Positions 36,221 through 50,178 of a DNA stretch of 64,000 bases are shown in pieces. A program made the translations under genes and the position numbers. The DNA comes from Neoconidiobolus thromboides FSU 785. Its lineage: Eukaryota > Fungi > Entomophthoromycota. The number at the start of each line of letters is the position of its first letter. Position 1 is the first letter of the stretch. Under the pieces are notes generated by a model. The model worked only from the letters and a program-made list of their open reading frames with translations, was not told where the DNA came from and made no database searches. The DNA lies in contig MU626278.1 in NCBI GenBank assembly GCA_025603075.1, positions 114,181-178,180 of the forward strand, given 5' to 3'.

Positions 36221-37410
36221 TTTATGTATATGATTATATTATAAATTTATAGATACTTAATATATCAAAAAGTAAGTTTTAAAGTCAATTGCGTTTTATT
36301 TAAGACCTAAAGCAATATTTCAAGTACATAAGATAATAATCAAAGTTTATGTTTTTTTGAATATATAATCTAATATTATTATATTAAGTCCTTTGATTTA
36401 TTATTATTATAATCTATCAATATTGATAAAATTATAAAAGTATTAGATATAATTTATAAAATTAAAATTAAAATTAAAATAACTACAATATAAAAGTAAT
36501 TTTATTCTATTTAGAATTTGAAAAATATAGTTATATAAAAGAGCGTTATACTTTCAATACTGAACGATCAAGATTTTCATATTTACTGAACATTATAAAC
36601 AATATAAACTATCAATAAAGCAAAAATTAACATTTTGCTTATAAAAATCAGAAATGCATATTGAGTTTATTAGCATTAAGTAGAGGGTATCAAACTTTTC
36701 TACAAAAAATAAATGAAATGATAAATTCAATCTTTTTATTTTTAAGCCATAAAAATAAGGTCAAAATAAAGACAAGATAAGGAACAAGTTAAATACAATA
36801 GTTAGTCTACTTCTTAATGGCATATTTTATATAATATTCATTATATCTGTCAATAGAACAAGTGGATGTTATGGCTGTTAACTTCAAGTATAGGCTAATT
36901 CGATGGATAATTCGCTATCAATTTTAAGAATAATTCAAGGGCAATAATAGAGACCACAAGTAAAAATTAATATTAATTATAAACAACAGAGAGAATTTTA
37001 ATTAGGCATATGTCGAAGGATTTGAAAGTAGAGTTATAAAATTCAACTAATTCAAAAATTAACATTATTAAATAATACCTCAACACTTTAAGGATCATTA
37101 TTCAAATCTTATAATTATAATTATAATTATAATTATTACATATTATACTTTATTTAAATCTTGTCAACGTAAATTACAGTTTAATATTAATTCAAAATTA
37201 ACTAATATTATTAGATAATACAATTATAGACAATTGAATTAATTATGATTAATCCCATAATTTAACAATTACAATATATTAATTAATTTATTGTTTTATA
37301 TAAATCTACATTACAGATTCAGTATCATGATCATATATGTTATATTAAGTATGGATGTTAATAAATTTGATGTATACTAATAGTTCATATAGTTAATTTT
37401 ATTACACATC

Positions 37411-38187
<777 letters not shown>

Positions 38188-39120
38188 ATTATCTACCTAA
38201 TTTACTAAAAGTTGAATGTTAATTATCGAATTTAAAATTAAAAATGAAGTTTTCAGAATCAAAAAACACTCTGATTCCACTTTACCTTATATATATTGAT
38301 GATAATGGTTCTATTAAAATGAATAAATACAACGTTAACTTTTATAAGGTAACTTAATTAAAAAAATCTATTTGAAAAATATATATTATTAGTTTAGATT
38401 GAATAGTATAACCAATAAAATATACCTTAATAAGTTGTTATTTATATTTGCAATTTAATTTGATCAAAAACCTCTTTCTACTGCGATTTTCTTTTTGCTC
38501 AAGAAATTGCCCTCCCCTGCTCAAAAAATCGGACAATTTTTAAAAATTAATAATAATTTTAGTTGCTACTTTCAAATAGACTTTTTCATTTTAAAGTTAA
38601 TGAATTCAACTTCGAAAATAACAACTTCTATTTTATTAACATTTGGGCAGTTTCAAAATACTGCGATTTAAAAATTACGCTAGAGTTTAACTTGGTATTA
38701 CTACATAGCTTTTTATTTTGATAAGAATTAAGTCTAAATGAGATTCAATTTAGTGTAGATACAAATATAAAACCATTATTGTTTTGGGTCCTCATAAACG
38801 TAGCTGCTTTATTATTGTCTTTTAAAGCCATTAAAATTTGAAAAATTCTCAAACTATTTTCTCAGTGATTTTTACGTAATAGCATTTTTACCCTAACAAT
38901 TTTAGCTATAAATGACCTCAATTGTCCTATGAAATGTTGATAAATTTTTAATATGGATCAAATAAATTTATGGGTTACGAAATGGATTCACAGAAGCTTA
39001 AATTAAGCCCATAAATTGCCAAAATAAGTAAAAGGATTGTAAGGGGAGAAGGGATATAAAATTTTCAACAAGTTAAAAAATCAAAAAATAAAGTTTGCTT
39101 TATAAAAAAAGTGATTCAAA

Positions 39121-40515
39121 ATGTCCACTGAACAAGATACTAAAATTGATAACACCATTGGTAACCAAGAAGTTTTGTTAAAATTTAATGCTGCTTCAAC
39201 AATTGCTCAAAGTACATTTTTGCTTTCTTTTTTATCGCTATCTGTTTATTAACTTAATTATTAGATGCTTTAGCTCACGTTGTTGAACACTCTAAAGAGG
39301 GTGCTAAAATTATAGACTTATGTAAATTAGGTGATGAATTCATTGTAGACGCTACTTCAAAAATATTCAAAGACAAAAAAAAGATGTCTAAAGGTATTGC
39401 TTTCCCAACCTGTATTTCCCTTAACAACTTAGCTTGTCACGTTTCCCCACTTGAATCTGACCCTGAAGCTACTATTGAACTTAAAAAGGGTGATTTAGTT
39501 AAAATGTAAGTTATAGTACTTCCTTCTTTAAATAATGTATTAAATAAAATTAGTGAACTTGGTGCCCAAATCGATGGCTTTCCAGGTCTTATTTGCCACT
39601 CTTTCGTAGTTGGAGCTTCAAAGGTTTTTTTATTTTTTTATTTTATTGATAAATGTTTAATTTTCCAAATAGGAAGAACCAGCTACAGGAAAAAATGCAG
39701 ATACCATTTTAGCAGCCCATTATGCCGTTGAAGCAGCTTATCGTTTATTACGTCCACAAAATAAGGTAATTAAATTTATATTAGTTTAATAATTCTTTTG
39801 TTAAATATTTATGAAAATAGAACTCTCAAGTTACTGAAATTGTACAAAAAGTATGTGAAGTTTATGGCACTAAACCAGCTGAAGGTATGCTTTCTTATCA
39901 ATTAGAAAAAGATTTCCCAGATAATACCAAACAAATTATCCTTAACCCAAATGATGCTCAACGTAGTAGCTTCAAAACAGTTGCTTTTGAAGAAAATGAA
40001 GTTTATGCTTTAGTTGTTGTTGTTTCATCTGGTGATGGAAAGGTAGACTTTTATTTTTATTTTTATTTTTATTTATTTTATTTATTCTTTATTATTAGCT
40101 CAAAGAATCTGGTTTAAGAACTACTGTTTATAAACGTACTGAATCTAGCTATCAACTTAAAATGAAAGCTGCCCGTACTGTTAATAGTGAAATCAAGAAA
40201 TTCGGTAAATTCCCATTTTCGCTTCGAGCACTTGAAGATGAAAGAAATGCACGTATGGGTATTGTTGAATGTGCAAGATCAGGTATTGTTAATAAATACG
40301 ATATTGTTGGAGAAAAACAAGGAGAAGTGGTTGCTTCTTTTATGTATACAGTTATGGTCACTCCAAAAGGAAATGTTCGCACTACTACTTTCCCACTTGA
40401 TCTCGATGCTTATAAATCAGAAAAGAAAATTGAAGATCAGGAATTACTTAAACTTCTTGAAACTTCAGTTGATAAACCAAAGAAAGTTAAAAAACCAAAG
40501 GCTCCAAAAGCTTAA
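39121..40515 (+). CDS. PA2G4: Proliferation-associated protein 2G4/Ebp1 (Cdb4; M24 'pita-bread' fold), multi-exon
   Basis: KGIAFPTCISLNNLACHVSPL, ELGAQIDGF, EGMLSYQLEK, FEENEVYAL, FPFSLRAL...ARMGIVEC, and a Lys-rich C-terminus; five GT-AG introns. Confidence 0.92.
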
Positions 40516-41012
40516 GTTTTATTAAAGTCAATTTAATAGAAGGTTGAAGTTAATTTTATTTTTTAAGTTTATTTTAATGCCGCTTTTTATTTATTTATTT
40601 ATTAGATTTTGTTTTTTATGTTATTTTACTTAGATATTAATATACTATTAAATTATATAGTTATTAAATATACTCACCATTATTACACATTGTTACTATC
40701 TTTTATATTATAATATTTCGATTCAACCCTTTTGATGTTTTTTATAGTATAAATAAAAAGTATTTTCTAAACAACTTTTATTATGTTGAAACATTGTATT
40801 TATTTTAATCTCTGAGAAGCATATAGAATTGAAAGATCTAATATTAAACAAATATTCAAGTATTTTATTCAAGCTAGTATTAATGTTTTTTGTAACTTAT
40901 TGTAAAGGGCTAGTTCCTCTTCACTATACATAATAAATACAAAATACAATTAAACGGTAATAGGACTATACTTAATGATTTGATTATCTGAGATTAAGAG
41001 AACTTGAATTTA

Positions 41013-41114
41013 ATAAGGGGGCTGTTTTTTTTAGTTTCATTATTTTTACATTTTTAAGTGCTATTTGAGTGGAAAGATTGTAGTAAAATTCTTAAATAAA
41101 AAACACATCCCCAA
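41013..41114 (+). mobile_element. MITE family copy 9
   Basis: AAGGGGGCTG...ACATCCCCA with the conserved core. Confidence 0.85.
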
Positions 41115-43763
41115 TTTTATATTAAATTAGTAAGTATTTCTTTTAGAATTGATAAATTCAAAAATTGTCTACTAATTGAAGGAACCCAAACTTAAGCATT
41201 TGACAAAAATAAAAACAAAAACTGCCGTTTAATGATTTTCTATTACAATATCTATAATCAGTAAGTTTAATAGAATTTTATTTAATCCTATAACTTCTAA
41301 TTTCTTTGAATCACCCAAAATTTTAACATTATCACACTCAAAATCTGTCTTGATGTTTAATTTTATAATCGAGATAAAGTTTCTGATATAATTAATTCCT
41401 GTGAAAAAAAATAAAACTATACTATCATAGACATGACATTCTTATTTTATTAAATTTTATCTTAACAACTTCTGGTAATAAAAAACTCTATCCTCAATAG
41501 CTTATTAATTTAAATAAATTTGATTCATTTATATTCGAACATTTGCCACCATCTATCTTTAAATAAAAAAACTTATTCTACATGCTGAAATACTTCGAAT
41601 TGCTCTAAATAGATTTTCATGAATTTGTTCTTTATAATATTAAATTGCTATAAAGATGTCTCATTTTCTCAAAAAAAAACTATTGATAAAAACTACTTGC
41701 TTTTACAATTGATGAACTATAGCCTTTAGAAAAACATTGATAATTATAAACCGAATCAATGGAATTCTATTTGATAACTTTACAAATGATATTAAGTAAA
41801 TATCAACTCAAACAAGCCCAAACCAAATAACTCGACTAATAGAATTACTAAATTATTTCATATCATAAAATATCTGATAGTCTCTTAAATTTAACTGCCA
41901 TATTGAAGTGTAGTTGTAATTGCCATGAAAGAAAGAAATGAATATTGAAATTTCAGAAATTATGATAAAAACTCCACTACTTATATAATTGCAAAAAATT
42001 CTCATTAATTCAAGAAAATGCAATCAAGTTGCTTAAAATGAAAAGAAAATGAATTAGGTTAATTCTATAAACCTGGTGAACTGATTAAAGGCTAGCTCAA
42101 TTATTTTAATATGAATTGAAGGTTCGACTGATTGCTGTACTATTTGATATATGAGGCAAAAAATGCAAATTTATTGTATTAAATAACTTTAGTTTATACA
42201 TTGAATTAATGTTACTATATTTATGTTTAGAAGTAAATACTAAACGAATCCAAATATAGAGTTATTGTTATTATTAACCTAATATAATAGTTGATTAATG
42301 TAGTAATTCGATATTATCATTTTGCTCCAATTTTACCTCAAAATAAACCAATGATTATGATTCCACTTGGTAACAAAAATAGTATAAAAGTTATTGTATT
42401 TAATAAAATAAAACTGGAACTAAGATATGATTATCAAATTCTAGTTTTTTATATTTTAATATCATAATGTTAAATAATTGAGAAAAAAACGTGATCATTA
42501 TAGTAAGCCCATTGAAATTAGCATTAAGCTAAAATTCTTCATTTACTAAAATAAAAAGATTATTAAAAATTGAATTGCAACTTTTTAATACTTTTATTCT
42601 GTATCATTGGAAACAAATTCCTATCTGTTAATTTGTAAAAATCAGCACAGTGGTGCCTTATCAAAGATATCGGAATTTAATTAAGGTAAATAAGATCAAG
42701 GGTTGAAGTAGTACGAATAAATTGTTCCATTTTGAGATTCAAAAACAATTTCATTCAAATTGAAATTAAAGTCAATTAAAAGGCATTTTCTAATCTAAAA
42801 CTTTTAAGCAAAATCGATTACATTTAATTTATAATAGTTTTAAGTTAGGTAAGAAAAATCAGATTAACAGTTGATCAACAATAAGAATAGATTTTAGTAG
42901 TTTTTTCATACCTAAAGAATTTGATGTTTTGATCATTTAATTTAAATTTAAATTTGAATATTTGGCAATCTAAGTTGTAATTTTGCACCATAATTATGAT
43001 AAATAGAAGGAAAGATAAAGCGAAATTTTCAAATATATGCTATTAAACGATATTTATATTCAATCAGTATTTAATTTAATAAAGTGCAAAAACCGGTTGA
43101 AAATTAATAAAGTCAATAGAATAGATAGTTTTACTATCTTTTGTTGCCTAATTAAAAAGAGTATTGTATTATAAAGTTTTATAGAAAATTTAAAAATAGA
43201 TTCAAACATCCTGTTTTTTTAAATAAGTAAAAAAGTAAAGTTGAAGGAATTCAAGAACATGGTCTAATAATCTCAAAGAATATCTAGTTAACTTATTTTT
43301 AAATAAATCTAAAAATAAATATTAAAAGTTGTCATTAAGCACAATTTAATCCCTCTCAAGATTTATTTTCAATGTTCTTTAGTATTATCGCTTTATCTTA
43401 TTGGCCTATTTTAGTATTAATCTGGCAACAAAACCTCAGCTTATAAAGCGATTAGAGCCAATGAAATTGTTAAGCTATATTTATACCAAATACTTTATTC
43501 TGTTGTAATCCAATAAATTTATCAAATAAATAACATTGATTTTCAATATCAATCAACAAAAATTGATTGTTTTTAAAATCGTTAATATCACTTTTTGAAT
43601 TCGATTTACTTTTCTGTTAGTAAAAATAAATTAAAGTTTGATAGGTAAGTACAATACATTAAGATATAACATTGTTTGACTTATACTATGTTAAAATTTT
43701 CAATCGATATCTTATTCCTTTTCTGATTTTTTTTAGTTAATACCAATTATTTAATAGAGATAA

Positions 43764-46700
43764 ATGTCAGTTCGAGTAAACTTAAACGCTTCGTCATCAG
43801 GTAATTAATATGATTTTATTATCCTAAAGTCTTTTGTTAAACTTATTATTTAAAAAAAGGCTCAATACGGCTACCTACATTACCAGGAAACTGTTCTTCA
43901 GATGAAAGTTTTAAAACTGGAATTTTAGAACATCAACGAGTACTTGAAGAATATATTAATAAAAAATATATTGGTGGTTATTTAAGAAAAAAGAATGATT
44001 TAGGACCGGACAAAACACCATTTATTCAACGTAAATGGACAGATTGGTATGTGGAACTAAATGGGTCAAGTTTAATGTTCTGGTCAGTGAAAAGTCCAGA
44101 AAGTATTAATAAATTAGGTGCTATTAAGAAGAAGACACCTAATTTTATCAATATTATGGATTGTAATGTTTATACTACTAATGATGTTGAGGGAGCTGAA
44201 TTTGTTTTTATTTTAAATTCAGCAGGTGCTAATCGATTTTATTTTCAAACTAGAGATCAAAAGGAATTAAATGAATGGGTTTTAGCTCTTCGATTAGCTT
44301 GTTTTGAAAATTCATTAATTCAAGATTACTATACATCTCTAATATTAACTTCAGAAACTTTTTTACCTATTTTAAAACAAGAAAATCCAAGTTTATTTGA
44401 AGGATTCGTTGAGATTCGATGTTCAGGTACTTTAGAATGGTGTCGATTTTGGATGAATATTCATAAAAATCAATCAATTACATTTTCTCCATCAAAATAT
44501 TCTAAAGATTATTTCTTTTCAATTAATAATATTCATCAAGCTTATGCCATTTATCCGGATAAATTAGAATTAGTAGATCAATCTACAGTATTAAGAATTA
44601 ATGGAGAAATTCATTGTCATAAAGATAAACAATTAGATAATACCTGTCCACCTTTTATTTTAATTATGGGGAATTCTCAATTTGAATTAACAACTATTTT
44701 ATGTTCTATTTTTGATTCTTTTAATCTTCATGATCGTCCAGAGAAATATAGTAATATTTCATTACCTCAACCAAATACTTGCTTATATTTCAATTTAAAT
44801 GAAATATCAGAACTAAATGTAATTGATATACCATTTATCGATACACGTCAACAATTGTTACAATTAACTCAACAGAAATTTAATAAAATGGAATTAATTC
44901 AAAATAATCCCATATTATTAGATAATTTAGAAGATAATATTGAAGTTCAATCTATTGTTGAAGAACCAGAAGAAAATGAATTTGAATCTCAAACGACATT
45001 TGAATCTATTTCATCAAGAAATATACAAAATAATCATATTAATAAACCATTAGCCTCTGCTTTATCTCCAAAAAATAAACCAAAAGTAAGAAAAACATTT
45101 TCAGTTAAATGGAAAAAAAATGAAGAGGAGTCAAGTGAAGAAGAAGAAGAAGAAGAAATCAAAAACAATAAGAATAAAAATAAAGTCAAAATGCAACAAC
45201 AAACTAAGGAGAGTGATGATGATGATGATGATGATGACGATGACGATGATTTCCCAAGAATAAATAAATCAAAACCAATTAAATCATCTAGAAAATCATT
45301 AATAACTGCTCCAATAAGAAAACAACAAATTGATTCTGATGAATCTTCGGATAATAATGATAATGATAATAATAATAAAGTAATAGAACAACCAATAACT
45401 CATCAACCAGTAATTCAACAATTACCTTTATTACCCCAAGTTACTATTAAAGATGATAATGAATTAATTAATTCATTAAAAACAATGTCGTTATATGATT
45501 CATTACCAAAACAAACAGTATCAGTATCTAGACCAATATCCGATATTAATAATAATAGTAATAACAATAATCAACAACAACAACAAGGATCAAGACCAAT
45601 TTCAATGAATAAAAGTAATTCATCTAATGAGTCTATTAAAAAAGTATTAAATATCAAAAAGAATAAAAAAGTTGTTAAAAAATCTAACTTACCTGTTGAT
45701 TCTGAATCTTCAAATGATGATAGAGATACTTCACCTATTAAAAATATTAAACAATACAATAATAATAATAATAATAATAATTTAAGAAATAGTAATACTC
45801 AAAATGATGATGATGATGATGATGATGCTCCTATTGGTATGAATCATTCAGCTACAATTGATCCATATAATCCACCTTATAATCCACAAATGATGCGACA
45901 ATCTACTTATAATAATATGCAAATAGAATATGGACCAGACGGTACACCTTATTATCTTAATGAATATAATCAATATTTACCACACCCACAATATTATGAT
46001 AATAATAATAATCCAATGATAATGAATCCTTCTTTTGCCCAATATAATCCAAATTTACAAAGACCTTCTAATTTATTAGAAGCTCAAGATTATATGCGAT
46101 ATAATAATGATCCCATGATGCAACATCAAAAATATGGACCATTATTACAAATACCTAATAAGAAACAAAGTAAGCCATCTGGTGGATTAGTAGGAGCTAT
46201 TTCAGCTATGGAAAAACAAAAAGCAGCTAACAAATATTCAAATTCAAATGCAAGACGATCTCAAATGGCTCATAATTCATATATTCAAGGGCAAGGTAAT
46301 GAAAGAGAATCTACATTTGAAAGATTCAAAGAAAGACATTTAATGGAACAAAGAATTATGGCTACTCAATCTCAATTATTTTCTCCTGAATTTAATCAAC
46401 ATCAACAACAACAATATCCATTGAATCCTCAACACCATCAACAACAACAATCTTTAAATCAACGTACTCCTTATAATAATTTAAATGCTTCATTATCTGC
46501 GGGTTCATTTTATCATAATCCAACTAATATACATTCTTTACATTCACCTGGATCTCAAAATTATTTACCTCAACAAGAATTTAATAACATTAATGATATG
46601 CGTAACTCAACTTATCGTACAATGGATGATTCTATGATTTATAATAATACTCATTCTATATATGGTCAACCTACTACAGTAAACCAACAAGCTAATTTAT

Positions 46701-47221
46701 ATCCCCCTCCATTAAGAAAAGAGAATTCATATATTCAACCTAATTCAGATGAACAATTACCTTTACAATTAAATCATGAAGACCATGAAGAACAATCAGA
46801 TGATGATGATGACAAACCAGTAGGAGCATTAGCCAAACCATCAGCTAATCCTATGTTCTCTAAAGGAAGATATAGAGAACATACAGTGAATCAAATCAAA
46901 TCAAGAAAAGAAGAAAGTGAAGATGAAAGTGAATCAGAACCTGAAATTGATGATGATATTCAAGAAGCATTTGATGAATTTGTTGATGCCAAATTGCAAA
47001 TGAAACCATATGCTTATGAAGCACCTGAAAAAGTATATCAAGCGTTTCAAGATTGGTGTCAAGATGAAGATTGGGAATTAGAAGATTTACCTGATTTTAA
47101 AACTTTTAGTTTTATGATGATACAATCTGGTTTTGTTAAGAAAAAGAAACCAGTAAATTTAATATCGGATGTTCAATCTAATGAAGAAGATTGGTGGTAT
47201 AATATTGCTGTGGTAGATTAA
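43764..47221 (+). CDS. Skg3/Caf120-like PH-domain protein with a long low-complexity middle and a C-terminal winged-helix-like domain
   Basis: Exon 43764-43800, intron 43801-43859, then open to 47221. PH1 YIGGYLRKKNDLGPD...RKWTDWYVELNGSSLMFW; PH-like EGFVEIRCSGTLEWCRFW; QAYAIYPD..ELVDQSTVLRING...FDSFNLHDRP. Confidence 0.75.
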
Positions 47222-47382
47222 ATTTATCAAAGGAGAAGATGCGATAGTAGACGGTAGAAGGGAAGTTTAAGTTGTTTTTTCTATTATTTTTAAAAATTTT
47301 ACTATTAAAAATAAAAAAATTGATATTATTTTATAATTATTATTTTATCGAATTTATATTGATTTGAGATATTATAATGTTA

Positions 47383-47488
47383 ATATAGAGATGTATTTTT
47401 AGATTTAAGAAATTTGCTAACAATTTTTTCGCTTAAATAGTGCTTAAAAGATAGAAAAAGTGATTAAGTCAAAAATATACTCCCATAT
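47383..47488 (-). mobile_element. MITE family copy 10
   Basis: ATAT-AGAGATGT...ATACTCCC-ATAT, between convergent 3' ends. Confidence 0.88.
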
Positions 47489-47637
47489 GTTGAATTTATT
47501 ATAATCATTCTAATTTTTTAATAATATAAACGATCTAAATTAATATTAAAATAGATAATAGTTAATTAATTAAAAATGTTTTTAATTTTATTAGTTCTAT
47601 ATTCGTACCAACTTATTTAAAATTTTAGTATCATTTA

Positions 47638-48524
47638 TTAAACAGCAAAAGCGAACACATTAACAGTACAAAAAAAACTGTCTTCTTGATGATTATAAAT
47701 AATATGACCTAAAACAATAATAAATAATTAAAATTAAATTAAAAATTAAAAACAAAATAGATAATATGAAGTAAAACTTACGATCTAATTCTTCATCACA
47801 AAAACAAGAGGATGCAGTTTGAAATCCGGCTTCTTTTTTTTCCATAATAGTACAAGTAACTAATAATACATATAGTATATAATTAGTATTGAATTAAACT
47901 AATATATTAATATATCGAATTGTATTTCATATTCAATTATTTAAATGTTGTTGTGAAATAACATTTGGTGATGAATAAAAAGAATTGAACATGAATGAAA
48001 TACTAAATCAAATTCTAATACTTCAATTTAAAATAAGCTTTCTCTCTTCAATTTCTCTTTATCATTAAATAATTAAAACTTACCTAAATATTTAATACTT
48101 TCAATTGGGAATGGTAATTTTAATGTTATTACTTTGGATAATACAAAATCAATTAATTTTGTTTGTAACTCTTTAATACGATGATGTTGATATTTTTCTC
48201 CTTTAAGGATAGTCAAGATGCCCTAGAATATGATAGATTTGAGTTAATATTACTTGATTGATTTAATTACTTTGGTAGTTATGAATACATTATGAGTTTT
48301 GGAATTCCAAAATTATAGAAATGGCATTTTAAATTACGATGACTTACTTTTCGTATGATCTTTCGAATACTTTCTACATGTAAATTTTCCTAGAAATAAA
48401 AATTTATAAACTTAATTCTTTTTCAAAATGTATAAATTAATTTTATTACTTCCTTTTCTTCTTTTGCAATAGTGGTACTTTCTTTATTATTTAATATATC
48501 ATCAATATTAAGATATAAGTCCAT
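47638..48524 (-). CDS. DYNLT1: Dynein light chain Tctex-1 (DYNLT), 5 exons
   Basis: Not in the ORF track. Spliced product ...VESIRKIIRKGILTILKGEKYQHHRIKE...IKYLVTCTIMEKKEAGFQTASSCFCDEELDRHIIYNHQEDSFFCTVNVFAFAV* matches the Tctex-1 pattern (YQH..V..W; KYIVTC.IMQK..AGLHTASSCFWD). Confidence 0.85.
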
Positions 48525-48733
48525 TTTATTTTATCTTGAAGATAGAGTTTTTTGTTTTTTTGAATAAAAAGAAATAAGTGATGAAATAATATTGAGATTT
48601 TTAATTTGAGTGGCTTGAAATTCCAATCAAAAAAAAAATTTTATTGATAAAAAAAAATCGATTATAAAAAAATAAAAAATACAAAATAGAATAAGTAGTT
48701 TATATTACAAATAAAATTCTAAAAAAACGTATA

Positions 48734-49621
48734 TTAACGTTTACTTAAATTAGTAGGAACTCCAAAGTTGCTCATTTTTTTACTTGTCTCTTTTCTTTTT
48801 TTAATGGATTTAATCTTCTCCTCTAGAAAAAAAGTAAATTAATAAACAATTTAATTCCAATATAAATTTAATGATATATATCATAATAAAGATAATGTTA
48901 ATAACAACTTACCTAAATCAAATGAATACTCATCTAGTTCATTACTCACTAATTCTAAATAATCGATTTGTCGACTGATATCATCAATTTGTTTAAGATA
49001 AGGTTCAAAATCAGAAACTAAGATTTATATTAATAAAAATATTAGTACAATTAAAATAAAAACAATAGTATCAATTAAAATGACTCTATAATAATAGTAT
49101 GATAATTATTATTATTATTATGGCTATATTAGTAGAATAGAACAAGATAAAATTAACTTACAAGCTTGATTCATCTTATGTCCATCTGCAATCAACTCTT
49201 GTGCAACTAAAGACATTTTATTAAATTGTTTAATAGACTCTTGATTAAAATTTTCAAGTAAATTAATATCATCTGTGGCCACTATAAAAAAAACTCTTTA
49301 GTATTTATATAAAATGGTTCTTGGTTTTGATTTAATCTTTTTAAAACATCCTAATTTTCTATTATTATTGTTATGAAAGTCAACCTTTAAATAAAACCAA
49401 GTAAACTTACATAATAATTCACTATGAAAATACTCAGCTACTTTAGATATTGTTTTGTCTGTTTCTTGTTTTATTGCTGATTTATAATTATCAAAAGTTT
49501 CTTTTTCACTGTTATTTAAAGATTGACTCTTCACTGTATCTTGTTTAATTTCTAAATCTGGTTTTTCTGGATGAGATATTGTTTTTGATCGTGTTCGAGT
49601 GTTTGTATTAGTATTGTTCAT
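48734..49621 (-). CDS. BLOC1S2: BLOC-1 complex subunit 2 (BLOS2), multi-exon
   Basis: Spliced product includes DINLLENFNQES and FEPYLKQIDDISRQIDYLELVSNELDEYSFDLEEKIKSI, matching BLOS2 (LQPYL.QI..I..QV..LE.....LD.YS..LE.K). Confidence 0.8.
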
Positions 49622-49778
49622 AATTGAAATTACTTATTAATTTTATTGTTGTAATTGTTTTTTTATAGTAAAAGTGAGGATTAAATTGAATGAATATTAA
49701 AAAAAATTAAAATGTAATTTACAATAAAAAAAGCTAACTAATTTTATCTATTTTTATATAAAAAAATAGAAACTAGAA

Positions 49779-49881
49779 AATTGGAGTGTTTTTTTGACTT
49801 CATTACTTTTTCCATCTTTTAGTGCTATTTAAGCGGAAAATTTGTTAGTAAAATTCTTGAACATAAAATACATCCCCAAAT
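49779..49881 (+). mobile_element. MITE family copy 11
   Basis: TTGGAGTGT...ACATCCCCA with the conserved core. Confidence 0.88.
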
Positions 49882-50178
49882 ACTAACATCGGTAAATTCA
49901 AAATATAAAATAAATCAGATTAGTAAACTTTTATATTGAAGATAAAATGTTGACAAAATTAATGATTTTCTTTATGTTAATAGTTTAACTACAATCATCA
50001 CTATTAAAAACAGGGATTCATTAAAAATATTCAACTAATTAATTAGCAAAATTTAATACACAATAATACTTTCTTTTTTATTTTAAACTCATAGTTAAAC
50101 TTATCTTTAAGATAGACTAATTAATAGCTCATGATATCATATTAATTGATATCAAATCTTTGTTTATAATCACACATT

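Noticed and set aside
41280-42050. Possible decayed F-box/LRR-type gene
   Set aside because: Only a vague Leu periodicity with many stops; insufficient evidence.
42090-42130. tRNA-like A box (TAGCTCAATT) and B box (GGTTCGA)
   Set aside because: The spacing is about 28 nt instead of about 44, and no cloverleaf stems form.
47860-48085. Long Tctex-1 intron with an imperfect inverted repeat
   Set aside because: The pairing is AT-rich and imperfect, with no C/D or H/ACA boxes; could be chance.
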